NCBI RefSeq assembly: GCF_025643275.1
Contig: NZ_CP089977.1
Location: 1,170,001-1,202,000 of the forward strand
From: Moraxella nasicaprae
GTDB taxonomy: Bacteria > Pseudomonadota > Gammaproteobacteria > Pseudomonadales > Moraxellaceae
Length of the DNA stretch: 32,000 nucleotides
Direction of reading: 5' to 3'
In this document: positions 16,288-25,598 of the stretch, piece by piece
Numbering within the stretch: position 1 is the first letter of the stretch
Layout of the letters: every line of letters starts with the position of its first letter
Program-made: the position numbers and the translations under genes
Notes under the pieces: generated by a model
What the model saw: the letters and a program-made list of their open reading frames with translations, nothing else
What the model was told of the DNA's origin: nothing
Database searches by the model: none

Positions 16288-16692
16288 ATGTTAATTAACA
16301 ATTATCAAATTGGCACAATTTTTACTAATCAAGATTTAATGGATACTTTTAAGGTTTCCAATGCAGGTGGTATGCGTCGCAGCAAACAAGCCAATTGCCT
16401 AATTTTAATCAATAAAACTGATTCTATTTATAAAAATTATTGGCAAGAGGATATTTTTTATTACATAGGTATGGGTTTAAAAGGCGACCAAGATATTAAT
16501 TTTGCACAAAATAAAACATTGGTAGAATCTGTTTTTAATGGTGTGCAAATTTTGCTATTCAATAGTTCAAAACCCAATCATTATCAATATGCTGGCGAAG
16601 TGTGTTTGGCGGGGGAGCCTTTTTATCAAATGCAACAAGATGAAGATAATAAAAATAGGAAAGTAGTAGTATTTCCATTAAAAAATGTCTGA
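16288..16692 (+). CDS. standalone SRA/YDG-like (PUA-fold) putative modified-cytosine-binding protein
   Basis: 134 aa with an AAGGAG SD 6 nt upstream. The pattern G.IF.....L.....VS.AGGMRRS....CLILI......Y.NYW..D.FYY.GMGLKGDQ....QNK.L.......V.ILLF.......YQYAGEV...... resembles the SRA/YDG modules of type IV restriction enzymes. No nuclease domain is attached. Confidence 0.5.
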   Translation: MLINNYQIGTIFTNQDLMDTFKVSNAGGMRRSKQANCLILINKTDSIYKNYWQEDIFYYIGMGLKGDQDINFAQNKTLVESVFNGVQILLFNSSKPNHYQYAGEVCLAGEPFYQMQQDEDNKNRKVVVFPLKNV

Positions 16693-17011
16693 TTTTGGTT
16701 GGTAATATCCTATACGGCTATATGGCGTGGAACTTAGGCAATACCAAAGTATTTTGTCCGCAATCGGTAGATTTCTTTGATAATGCGGGTGATAATAAAG
16801 AAAAATCTGAAAAATGCCTAGTCATTGATGGCAAATATTTACAACCCATCAGTGCAAAATATGTGTCTGCTTGGTAATAATGATGTCAATTTCTGCTTGG
16901 CACTGGTTATAGATGCTTTTGTTGCTTGCTTTATCTGTCACGCCATCGTTGTGTTATGTGGCTTGTCGAAAATGGCGATGGTCTATGCTGTGGGCTTATG
17001 TGATGGCATAG

Positions 17012-17299
17012 ATGGTGTGCTATTTGTTGCTTGTGGCGGCGGCAAAGGCAACCGATGGCTATCTGTATGCTGTTTTACAAAATTATGATGTTGATGGCGA
17101 TGGCTCATTTGATGGGCATGAAATCAACCCAGCACAACAACAAGCAATGGACGCTGTCACCAGCGATACAGGTAGGGCGATGGTGGTTTTAACAGGTGTG
17201 TTTATCTCGCCAATACTGACAGGGATTGGCTTTGGCTTGACTCATTTGTTGGTGCAGGGCTATGTTTGGTTTACCTCAAAAATCAGCCGTTTAGATTGA
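17012..17299 (+). CDS. hypothetical small membrane protein with an EF-hand-like DxDxDG loop
   Basis: 95 aa containing YDVDGDGSFDGHEI (the canonical Ca-binding loop pattern) and a C-terminal TM helix (AMVVLTGVFISPILTGIGFGLTHLLV). The start lies immediately after a stop, and upstream ORF fragments in other frames leave the gene model uncertain. Confidence 0.3.
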   Translation: MVCYLLLVAAAKATDGYLYAVLQNYDVDGDGSFDGHEINPAQQQAMDAVTSDTGRAMVVLTGVFISPILTGIGFGLTHLLVQGYVWFTSKISRLD

Positions 17300-17420
17300 T
17301 GTTAATGATATCAAAAATCTTTGTTGTAATTTTATTGCCAGATGATTGATTTGTTTTATTATCTGATGGGGCTATGCTAAAATGCCACATCAGTAAAACA
17401 CATTAACAAGGCAAAATATC

Positions 17421-18383
17421 ATGACAAATACAACCTATCAGCAAGTATTTCACAGGGTGGTGGACATCGAGATTCAAGCATTGCAATCGCTGACAAAGGC
17501 GGTCAATGAGAATTTTGATAAAGCCTGCCAGACGATTTTGGCGTGCCAAGGTCGGCTCATCATCACAGGCATGGGTAAGTCGGGCTTGGTCGGTCGAAAG
17601 ATGGCGGCGACGATGGCATCGACGGGTACGCCTGCATTTTTTGTTCACCCAGGCGAGGCAGGGCATGGCGATTTGGGCATGATTATCAAGGGTGATGTGG
17701 TACTGGCCATTTCCAATTCGGGCAATAGCGACGAAATCAATGTACTGCTGCCTGTCATCAAACGCCTAAACATTCCACTCATCAGCATCAGTAAAACACT
17801 CAATGGTCGTTTGCCCAAAGAGGCAGACATCGCTTTGACTTTGGGCGAGTTTGAAGAAGCGTGCCCATTGGGGCTGGCACCAACTTCTAGCACGACTGCC
17901 ACGATGGCACTGGGCGATGCCTTGGCGATTGCATTGCTTGAAGCCCGTGGTTTTAGGTCGGAGGATTTTGCCTTGTCGCACCCCGCAGGCTCGTTGGGTA
18001 AGCGACTTTTGACCGATGTGTCAGGCATCATGAAAACAGGTCATGACATTCCGATGGTGGCAGGCGAGACCAGCGTGATGGACGCTTTGTTTGAGATTAC
18101 TGAGAAGCGATTGGGCATGACGGTGGTTTATGATGATGGTTTGGGTTATGGTATTTTGACCGATGGCGATATTCGTCGCTTGCTTAGCCAAAAACAAGAC
18201 ATGAATCAGCCCATCAAACAAGTGATGAAAACCAATCCTTTGACCACCAGTTCGACCATGATGGCAACCGACGCCCTCAAATTAATGCAAGACAAGAGCG
18301 TCAATCAGCTATTAGTGGTCGATGAAGATAAATTGGTTGGGGTATTGGCATTGCGTGATTTGGTGCAGGCGGGGATTGGTTGA
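17421..18383 (+). CDS. kdsD: arabinose-5-phosphate isomerase (SIS domain plus tandem CBS)
   Basis: 320 aa with SIS motifs ITGMGKSG and FVHPGEAGHGDLGMI and a C-terminal CBS pair. KdsD (LOS Kdo) cannot be distinguished from KpsF (capsule) by sequence alone. A possible extended -10 (TGcTAAAAT, 17375-17383) lies upstream. Confidence 0.9.
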   Translation: MTNTTYQQVFHRVVDIEIQALQSLTKAVNENFDKACQTILACQGRLIITGMGKSGLVGRKMAATMASTGTPAFFVHPGEAGHGDLGMIIKGDVVLAISNSGNSDEINVLLPVIKRLNIPLISISKTLNGRLPKEADIALTLGEFEEACPLGLAPTSSTTATMALGDALAIALLEARGFRSEDFALSHPAGSLGKRLLTDVSGIMKTGHDIPMVAGETSVMDALFEITEKRLGMTVVYDDGLGYGILTDGDIRRLLSQKQDMNQPIKQVMKTNPLTTSSTMMATDALKLMQDKSVNQLLVVDEDKLVGVLALRDLVQAGIG

Positions 18384-18763
18384 TGAATATTTGATAATTT
18401 TATTATCAATTTACGACTAACAAATATCCAACAAAAATCAAAGGTCATTTTTTTGGGTTTATTATAATGATATTGGTCTGGGTAATAAGACAGTGTGTTT
18501 TTGTTACTTTGGGTAAACTTCATTGTCTTTCTTAGGGTAATTTGCTATTATGTATGGCATAGTCCTATTGTGGTTTTGGTGCTTAACTGGTTGTGCAGAG
18601 ATAGAAAGTAGTGACCTTGGTTGATTTTTAGAACAATGAATTGATGTAAAACCAATGGTTAATTAGTGCTTCTTGATCGGCTTGAAAATTCCTTATTGCG
18701 AGTGATATGGATTTTGTCAGACGCATAGAAATCACATCTCTTTTTTGCTTGGATAATTAGGTT

Positions 18764-19894
18764 ATGAAAAAAATTCTATTTGTAACAGGCACTCGTGCAG
18801 ACTTTGGCAAAATCAAAAGCCTGATGTCTGTAATTGAGCAATCATCACAGTTTGAATTGCATGTCTTAATAACAGGGATGCATATGATGAAACGCTATGG
18901 TTCAACCTACCTAGAAGTAAAAAAAGAAAATTATACCAATACCTATTTTACTTCCAATCAAAACGAAAACGAGCCAATGAGTTCGGTGCTGGGCAATACC
19001 ATTACCATTATTACTCGTCTTGTCAATGCCATTTCGCCAGATTTGATTGTGGTACACGGTGATAGATTGGAGGCGTTGGCAGGGGCAACTGTTGGGGCAT
19101 TGAGCCATATTCGTGTATGTCATATTGAAGGTGGAGAGCTGTCTGGTACCATTGACGACTCCATTCGCCATTCGGTTAGTAAATTATCTCACATTCATAT
19201 GGTGGCAAATGAAGAGGCTAAGGCTCGTTTGCTGCAATTAGGCGAAAACGAAAAAACGATCTTTATCATCGGCTCGCCAGACCTTGATGTGATGAATTCA
19301 CAAAAATTACCAACATTACAAGACGCAAAAGAGCATTATGGTATTGATTTTGAGGAATATTCAGTGGTAATGTTCCACCCTGTTACTAGTGAAGAACACG
19401 AAATCAAAAAGTACACCCAGAATTTATTCAAGGCATTGGAACAAAGCCAAAAAAATTATGTAGTGATTTATCCAAATAATGATACGGGTAGTGCCAAGAT
19501 TTTGAATGTTATTGCTGATTATGAAGAGCATCCGAATTTTAAATGCTATCCGTCTATCAATTTTGAACATTTTCTAACCTTATTAAAAAACGCCCAATTT
19601 ATTATTGGTAATTCTAGTGCGGGCGTGCGTGAAGCCCCATTTTATGGCTTGCCAAGTATCAACATTGGCACCCGCCAAAATGCCAGATTTCGTGGCAAAA
19701 CCGTCATTGATTGTGGCTATGACACCCAAGCGATTTTGTCCGCCATTGAGTGTGTGAATGATGTGCATACCGAAAAATCTACTTGGTTTGGCGATGGCAG
19801 CAGTACAGAAAAATTTGCCGAATTTGTTGCTAGCAAGGAATTTTGGGATATTCCTGTCCAAAAAGTCTTTGTGGACATCAATCAAGGAAGTTAG
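18764..19894 (+). CDS. neuC: UDP-N-acetylglucosamine 2-epimerase (hydrolysing), sialic acid pathway
   Basis: 376 aa. MKKILFVTGTRADFGKIKSLM...ITGMHMMKRYGSTY...HGDRLEALAGATVGAL...CHIEGGELSGTIDDSIRHSVSKLSHIH is collinear with NeuC/SiaA (CssA). Confidence 0.93.
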   Translation: MKKILFVTGTRADFGKIKSLMSVIEQSSQFELHVLITGMHMMKRYGSTYLEVKKENYTNTYFTSNQNENEPMSSVLGNTITIITRLVNAISPDLIVVHGDRLEALAGATVGALSHIRVCHIEGGELSGTIDDSIRHSVSKLSHIHMVANEEAKARLLQLGENEKTIFIIGSPDLDVMNSQKLPTLQDAKEHYGIDFEEYSVVMFHPVTSEEHEIKKYTQNLFKALEQSQKNYVVIYPNNDTGSAKILNVIADYEEHPNFKCYPSINFEHFLTLLKNAQFIIGNSSAGVREAPFYGLPSINIGTRQNARFRGKTVIDCGYDTQAILSAIECVNDVHTEKSTWFGDGSSTEKFAEFVASKEFWDIPVQKVFVDINQGS

Positions 19895-19896
19895 TT

Positions 19897-20571
19897 ATGT
19901 ATATCGCAGTCATTCCTGCTCGTGGCGGTTCAAAGGGTATTAAAGATAAAAATTTACAACTGGTGGGTGGTGTGTCGTTGGTGGCTCGTGCCATCATTGA
20001 AGCCAAAAAAGTAGATAAAATTAGCCAAATTATTGTCTCAACTGACAGTCAAAAAATCGCTGATGAAGCGGCAAAATATGGAGCAAATGTCCATTTTCGC
20101 AGTGAAAAAACTGCCAGCGATACCGCCAAAACCATTGAAGTGATTGAAGAGCTGGTGCAAGATATGAGTTTGCAGGACGATGTGTGTGTTTTGCTCCAAC
20201 CAACCAGCCCTTTGCGAATGAGCGAGCATATTTTGCAAACAATTGAATTATTTGAAAAAAATAATCATCGAGGCTCATCAATCACCGTAACACCAAGCGA
20301 ACATCACCCCTTCAAAATGATAATAATGGGCGATGATGGCAAGTATCAAGCGGTGCGAGCATTGGCAGACTTAGAAATGCCACGCCAAGCCTTGCCAGAG
20401 GCTTTTCGTATCAATGGAGCGGTTTATGTTAAACGCTTTACCGATTTGGTGGCTGAACAATCATTTTTTGGCAAGCCACAAGCCTTTGTCCAGATGGACG
20501 AGAAATCTTCAATAGACATTGATAACATCGCTGATTTGGTATTGGCAAATCAGTATTTTGAACAAATTTAG
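19897..20571 (+). CDS. neuA: N-acylneuraminate cytidylyltransferase (CMP-sialic acid synthetase)
   Basis: The track ORF starts at 19843, overlapping neuC. The ATG at 19897 gives MYIAVIPARGGSKGIKDKNL, the canonical NeuA/CssB N-terminus, and LLQPTSPLR is present. About 224 aa, the short (Neisseria-type) form without the esterase domain. Confidence 0.9.
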   Translation: MYIAVIPARGGSKGIKDKNLQLVGGVSLVARAIIEAKKVDKISQIIVSTDSQKIADEAAKYGANVHFRSEKTASDTAKTIEVIEELVQDMSLQDDVCVLLQPTSPLRMSEHILQTIELFEKNNHRGSSITVTPSEHHPFKMIIMGDDGKYQAVRALADLEMPRQALPEAFRINGAVYVKRFTDLVAEQSFFGKPQAFVQMDEKSSIDIDNIADLVLANQYFEQI

Positions 20572-20592
20572 GTTATGAATTAAGGTAATAGT

Positions 20593-21645
20593 ATGACGAC
20601 CACCAAAAAGCCAAGTTTTAAAATCGCTAACCGTATGGTTGGCTATGATTATGAACCACTTGTGATTGCCGAGATTGGCATTAACCACGAAGGTTCGCTA
20701 GAAGTCGCCAAACAGATGGTAGATGCCGCTTATGAGGCAGGTGCTGAAGTCGTCAAGCACCAAACGCACGTGGTAGAAGACGAAATGTCAGACGAGGCAA
20801 AAAAAGTAATCCCTGGTAACGCTGATGTGTCTATCTATGAGATTATGGAGCGTTGCGCATTAAACGAAGAAGACGAAACCGCCCTAAAAGAGTATGTAGA
20901 AAGTAAGGGTATGATTTTTATTAGTACACCGTTTTCTCGTGAGGCGGCTTATCGTCTCGAAAGAATGGGTGTGGAAGCTTATAAGATTGGTTCTGGCGAA
21001 TGCAATAACTATCCATTGATTAAGCTGGTGGCATCATTTGGCAAACCAATGATTGTCTCAACAGGCATGAATAGCATTGAAAGTGTGAAAAAATCTGTAC
21101 AAATTATGGAAGAAGCTGGCGTACCATACGCCCTACTTCATTGCACCAATGTGTATCCAACACCGCCAGAACTGGTGCGTCTGGGTGCGATGGAGGAGTT
21201 GCAAGAAGCCTTCCCAAATGCAGTCATTGGTTTGTCTGACCACTGTGTAGATAATTATGTATGTATGGGTGCGGTTGCTAGCGGTGCTTGTATCCTAGAA
21301 AGACACTTTACTGACTATTTTGATCGTCCAGGCCCTGACATTAACTGCTCAATGGACGGCAAGGGTATGGCAGAACTGATTGAAGCAAGTAAGCAAATTG
21401 CCAAAGCTCGTGGCGGTAAAAAAGGTGCGGTTGCCGAAGAGCAAGTAACCATTGATTTTGCTTTTGCGTCTGTGGTGGCTTATAAAGACATCAAGGCAGG
21501 CGAGGTCTTTACTGAAGAAAATCTGTGGGCGCGTCGTCCAGGTACAGGCGAGATTTTGGTAACCGAATATGATGATTTGCTTGGCAGAGTTGCTGCCACA
21601 GACATCAAAAAAGGCGAGCAACTTAAAAAAGCTCAGGTAAAATAA
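20593..21645 (+). CDS. neuB: N-acetylneuraminate synthase
   Basis: 350 aa with [28 protein letters not shown], a TIM-barrel NeuB domain and a C-terminal SAF/antifreeze-like domain ([16 protein letters not shown]). Confidence 0.93.
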   Translation: MTTTKKPSFKIANRMVGYDYEPLVIAEIGINHEGSLEVAKQMVDAAYEAGAEVVKHQTHVVEDEMSDEAKKVIPGNADVSIYEIMERCALNEEDETALKEYVESKGMIFISTPFSREAAYRLERMGVEAYKIGSGECNNYPLIKLVASFGKPMIVSTGMNSIESVKKSVQIMEEAGVPYALLHCTNVYPTPPELVRLGAMEELQEAFPNAVIGLSDHCVDNYVCMGAVASGACILERHFTDYFDRPGPDINCSMDGKGMAELIEASKQIAKARGGKKGAVAEEQVTIDFAFASVVAYKDIKAGEVFTEENLWARRPGTGEILVTEYDDLLGRVAATDIKKGEQLKKAQVK

Positions 21646-21648
21646 CAC

Positions 21649-22719
21649 TTGAAACTGGGGTTTGTATTTCAAAAAGACTCTCATCTAAAAGCGGTTTTAG
21701 CGACTGCTTTTAGATTGAGAAAGGATTATTCGCAAGCAAAAATACAGTTTTTTGTGATTGATGCACCGTCGGACAGTGTGCAATGGTTGCCTGATGGCGT
21801 GGTGTTTTTGTCTGTGGAAAATCTAACACCGATGCAGGATTGTGATTATTTGGTTTGTTGTTTGGGTGGTTATTTACTCAATAAAATCATCGGACAGTAT
21901 CACCAAACCCAAACCAAAATCATCGCATTGTTTCCAGGAATTGTTAGTCATTATCAGCTCGATGCTTTTATCACCCGTTTTAATGCTGACCAAGTGTGGT
22001 TAAATTGCCCTGCTGATGTGCAGTTTTATGCCAAATTGTGCCAAGTTTTTGGTGTGCCAAATAATGGTGTACTGTACGGTGCTTCTTGGTTTTTGCAAAA
22101 AAACAATCAATCAATAAGCGATGGTAGCACCATCTTTTTTGAGCAGACGCAAATTATCAACAATCAAGCGACCGCCCAAAAGATCGAGTCGCAACTGATT
22201 GGTCTGATTAAAAAAAATCCAAACATACCATTTATTTATAAATTGCGTGAAAATATCCATAATGAATATTTGGTAACAATGCGAGAACGCCTTGCTCAAT
22301 TTGCTAATGTTCAAATGGTAAGCGTGCTAAATGATAGCGATGTGCAAAAAGCAGATACTTTTTTGTCTATTTCGTCATCAGCGATTGTGGAAGGATTGTT
22401 GCTTGGTAAGCAATGTTATTTGTTGGATAAAGAGTATCTTGATGATGATGCACGAGAGTTTTTTGGGCAAAGTAATTTGTTCTTGAGTGGCAATCTAAGC
22501 CCAAACCCAAATTGGCTAACAGACCGGGTGTTTGCCCCTGTGTCTACGGTAATATTGGAGACAATCTCTAAGCAGTCACCCAAAAAATTTCATCAGCGCA
22601 GTTTAATAGTGGTTGTAGTCAAGATGGTTTTGTTTGCGTGGCGTTATCCAAAATTATTTTTCCTGTTTGGCAAGTCAGACAGAATCAGGGCCATAAAAAA
22701 ATCACTAGAATATTTATAG
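21649..22719 (+). CDS. capsule-locus protein of unknown function, GT-B-like, in the position NeuE occupies in E. coli K1 (between the sialic acid synthesis genes and the polysialyltransferase)
   Basis: 356 aa with a TTG start 3 nt after the neuB stop. Its stop immediately precedes the next gene. It has an ISSSAIVEGLLLGK block reminiscent of GT-B capsule transferases and a hydrophobic C-terminal segment (LIVVVVKMVLFAWRYPKLFFLF). The functional call is weak. Confidence 0.5.
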   Translation: MKLGFVFQKDSHLKAVLATAFRLRKDYSQAKIQFFVIDAPSDSVQWLPDGVVFLSVENLTPMQDCDYLVCCLGGYLLNKIIGQYHQTQTKIIALFPGIVSHYQLDAFITRFNADQVWLNCPADVQFYAKLCQVFGVPNNGVLYGASWFLQKNNQSISDGSTIFFEQTQIINNQATAQKIESQLIGLIKKNPNIPFIYKLRENIHNEYLVTMRERLAQFANVQMVSVLNDSDVQKADTFLSISSSAIVEGLLLGKQCYLLDKEYLDDDAREFFGQSNLFLSGNLSPNPNWLTDRVFAPVSTVILETISKQSPKKFHQRSLIVVVVKMVLFAWRYPKLFFLFGKSDRIRAIKKSLEYL

Positions 22720-24096
22720 GTGAATATGAATAATCAGATGCTAGAACTTCAAAGTGGATATGCACAGACATTTGTAGACTATCTAAAAGCACCTCAGCAG
22801 GTCAAAAATTTATTTGTAGTTACCCATTTGGGGCAGTTAAAACAAATGGAGTCTTTGATTCAACAAAAGCAGCTAAAGAACAATTTGTTGGTTATTTTGT
22901 ATACAATGAAAAATCTTGATACGCCTAAGATGGTCGTAGATAACATTTCGCAAAATTGTTTTTCTGGTGCGATAACTGTTGAGATTCCTGTTGGTATCAA
23001 TAAAATAAGTTACAGCAAGCTCAACGAAGTTCAAAAAACATATGGCAAGATTTTAAATGCGATAAATTTTGATGATTTGTATGTGAATAGTTTTGAAGGT
23101 CATTATGCTATTCTTTTAAATATGGCAAAGAATAAAAAACGGGGTACAATCCTTGTTGAGGAGGGTACGGCAATTTATAAGCCAATTAGTGAGATGCCCA
23201 CTCAACAATACTCATTGTCCAAATATAAAAAAGTAGATTTTAAATTTCTCAAATCTCATTTTATGACCACGATTGGTGAAACACAAATTTTTAAGAAAGG
23301 GGTCAAAATAAAGAAAAATATCAAAAAGCCAACAGATATTTTTCCAGTCTATAAAAAAGTTGGGATTAAGCAGAGCGATATTTTAGATGGCAAGTTATTA
23401 AAGCAGATAAAAAATTTTGCTTTGAGTATTGATAAAGATTTGGGAGTGCAGCGTGATTTTATACGAATTGGCGGAAATGGGTATCTAAAATCAGCTTTGT
23501 CTGCTTATGTGGATTTTGATAAAGTGTATGCTAGTTCACCAAAATTACTGGCCGATACCTTTAAAAATTCTGTCTTTGAAAGATTCTTTATCTATGATTG
23601 GCTAGATGAGGAAAGTGTCGCTTATGCAAAATCATTGATCGCAAAATATAAAATTGGACATAACGATATTTTATTCTTAAATCAAAGATATGAACTTGAT
23701 TTAAGACTGTATATGACTGAGCTAAGAGCGTTGCTTTTGAGTATGGCAGACCAAGAGAACAAGATATTTGTAAAACTTCACCCAAAAGACGGGGACAGGG
23801 TTAGAGTATTATTTAATTATCTTGAACAACAGTCAGATGGTCGTATTGTTATTATAGAAGAGCAAGATTTTCTGGTGGAGTCTTTACTTAAGGTCAGTGG
23901 CATCAAAAAAGTGGTTGGAATTACCTCTAGCGTCTTGATGTATGCCCATTTGATTAATCAAGATGTAGAGGCGATATCTATCGCTAATTATTTGATAGAT
24001 AGATTGTCTAGTTATTCAGAATGCCAAAAAGGTTTGGAGGATATTTCTATACACCTACACATTATTTATAAGTTTGATTCTATCCAAGTTATTTGA
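22720..24096 (+). CDS. GT38-family (NeuS/SiaD-like) polysialyltransferase
   Basis: 458 aa (GTG 22720, or ATG 22726). NLFVVTHLGQLKQMESLI, ILVEEGTAIYKP, FVKLHPKDGDR and GITSSVLMYA match my recollection of the spaced motifs of E. coli K1 NeuS (NIFIISNLGQLKKAESFV / LIEEGTGTYK / HPK / SS). Confidence 0.8.
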   Translation: MNMNNQMLELQSGYAQTFVDYLKAPQQVKNLFVVTHLGQLKQMESLIQQKQLKNNLLVILYTMKNLDTPKMVVDNISQNCFSGAITVEIPVGINKISYSKLNEVQKTYGKILNAINFDDLYVNSFEGHYAILLNMAKNKKRGTILVEEGTAIYKPISEMPTQQYSLSKYKKVDFKFLKSHFMTTIGETQIFKKGVKIKKNIKKPTDIFPVYKKVGIKQSDILDGKLLKQIKNFALSIDKDLGVQRDFIRIGGNGYLKSALSAYVDFDKVYASSPKLLADTFKNSVFERFFIYDWLDEESVAYAKSLIAKYKIGHNDILFLNQRYELDLRLYMTELRALLLSMADQENKIFVKLHPKDGDRVRVLFNYLEQQSDGRIVIIEEQDFLVESLLKVSGIKKVVGITSSVLMYAHLINQDVEAISIANYLIDRLSSYSECQKGLEDISIHLHIIYKFDSIQVI

Positions 24097-24114
24097 ATTT
24101 GTGCGAGATTTGCT

Positions 24115-25596
24115 ATGTTGAAAGAAGTTAATTTAAATTCATTGCGTCCACTTGACAATCCAAAAGAGAGTACAAAATATTTTTTGGAAAAAGATGATTT
24201 TTACCAATATGTTTGGGCATTGAAATGGAATTATGAAGATACCACTGATTTAATTCAAAAGTTTTATGCTCGTGGAGATGGTCGGTCATTCTTTAAAGCT
24301 TTGTATTTGATTTACCATCTTGACGGAGCTGACAAGGCATATCAGTTTATTAAAACAGAAGGCGTTTTGTCTGATGTGATTGCGGCAGATTCCTACTATA
24401 TGGAAATGTTGATTTTAATATTGGTTATTTATTCCAAAGTGGGAAATGCTAACGACATTGACTTTGTGCTAAATCTAATGAATGCACAATTAACTCGAAG
24501 CTTGCCAAGAACTTTGGGGATTCCAGATATTTATACCCACGCATCTTTGCACGCTTTAATTGCTAGAGCTATCAGACAGGCTGGCGATATTTCTTTATCT
24601 AATACAAATGATTTGATTGTCATGGATGTACAAGATGGACAATTGGTATTAGAGGATGTGTCTGGCAAAAAAATTGAATTACAGAATAATCACGATATTT
24701 CTATTGCGGCAATGATGAGGGTTAGAAACGAGAGAGATAATATTGGGGTTGTTATTGAAGCTGTTTATAAGTATGTTGATGTGATTATCTTATATGATGA
24801 TTGTTCAACTGATGATACTGTCGATATCGTCAAGTCTTATCAGCAAAAAGGCATTAATATTGATTTGATTGAGGGTCAAGAATGGTTATTTAATGAAGCA
24901 TTAATTCATCAAATCATTGTCAAAAGAGGTAGAGAGATCGGCGCAACACATTTTGTACAGCTTGATGCTGACGAGATTTTTTCTAGTGCTCTAAACCCTA
25001 CTGTATTCAGAGAATTGATGCAACAAATGCAACCTGGCGATGTTCTAGCATTGCCATGGCTAAATGTCAATGACGATATTAGTGGGTATTATTCGGAAGA
25101 AAAAATAGTTGGGATTATGCCTTCTCGAGGATTGAAGCGTTATAAAGACATTGCTTTTGCTGATGATGGTTTTACCAATTTTGGAGAATGGCAGTATGCA
25201 CATGTAAATACCTCTCCTTTTGTGTATGTGCGTAGATTTTTAAGTTTGTCCGATGAATTTTCGTTGATACATTTGGAGCAAATTAATTTGCTAAATTACA
25301 TTGCAAAAAAAGATTGGTATAGAATAAGAGCTTATGCACAAAATGGGAAGTTGCCATCTGACCCTTATGCTGATATTCGCTTGCCTTTACTGCAGTTGCA
25401 AGAATCTATTAGTTATTTTGATAATCCTGTGCATTGTGGAGATGATCATATTATTGAGATTTTTAAGCAATTGGCAATGGCTAGAATTGAGTCTAATACC
25501 CAAGGCTGTCAAATGTATCCAGATATTAAAAAGCAGATGTATCTTAATTATGATGCTTTTATCAAGAATAACACCAATACCATTTCGGAGAAGTAA
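24115..25596 (+). CDS. GT2-family glycosyltransferase with a roughly 195-aa helical N-terminal extension
   Basis: 493 aa. The GT-A core is ISIAAMMRVRNERDNIG...VIILYDDCSTDDT...VQLDADEIF (DxD). I do not recognise the N-terminal third. Confidence 0.7.
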   Translation: MLKEVNLNSLRPLDNPKESTKYFLEKDDFYQYVWALKWNYEDTTDLIQKFYARGDGRSFFKALYLIYHLDGADKAYQFIKTEGVLSDVIAADSYYMEMLILILVIYSKVGNANDIDFVLNLMNAQLTRSLPRTLGIPDIYTHASLHALIARAIRQAGDISLSNTNDLIVMDVQDGQLVLEDVSGKKIELQNNHDISIAAMMRVRNERDNIGVVIEAVYKYVDVIILYDDCSTDDTVDIVKSYQQKGINIDLIEGQEWLFNEALIHQIIVKRGREIGATHFVQLDADEIFSSALNPTVFRELMQQMQPGDVLALPWLNVNDDISGYYSEEKIVGIMPSRGLKRYKDIAFADDGFTNFGEWQYAHVNTSPFVYVRRFLSLSDEFSLIHLEQINLLNYIAKKDWYRIRAYAQNGKLPSDPYADIRLPLLQLQESISYFDNPVHCGDDHIIEIFKQLAMARIESNTQGCQMYPDIKKQMYLNYDAFIKNNTNTISEK

Positions 25597-25598
25597 GA

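Noticed and set aside
16695-17088. ORFs 16695..16877(+) and 16825..17088(+) between the SRA-like gene and the EF-hand-like ORF
   Set aside because: They are short, overlapping and in different frames, with a TTG start or no SD and no recognisable domain. I treated them as possible gene debris rather than features.
18550-18624. 24-codon mini-ORF with a lipobox-like LTGC (MYGIVLLWFWCLTGCAEIESSDLG) in the kdsD-neuC spacer
   Set aside because: It has no SD, and only nine residues would remain after the Cys. It is most likely chance or a relic of a displaced lipoprotein gene.
20030-21684. Antisense ORFs inside neuA and neuB (20030..20281, 20038..20238, 21349..21684)
   Set aside because: They are contained in strongly supported sialic acid synthesis genes on the opposite strand.
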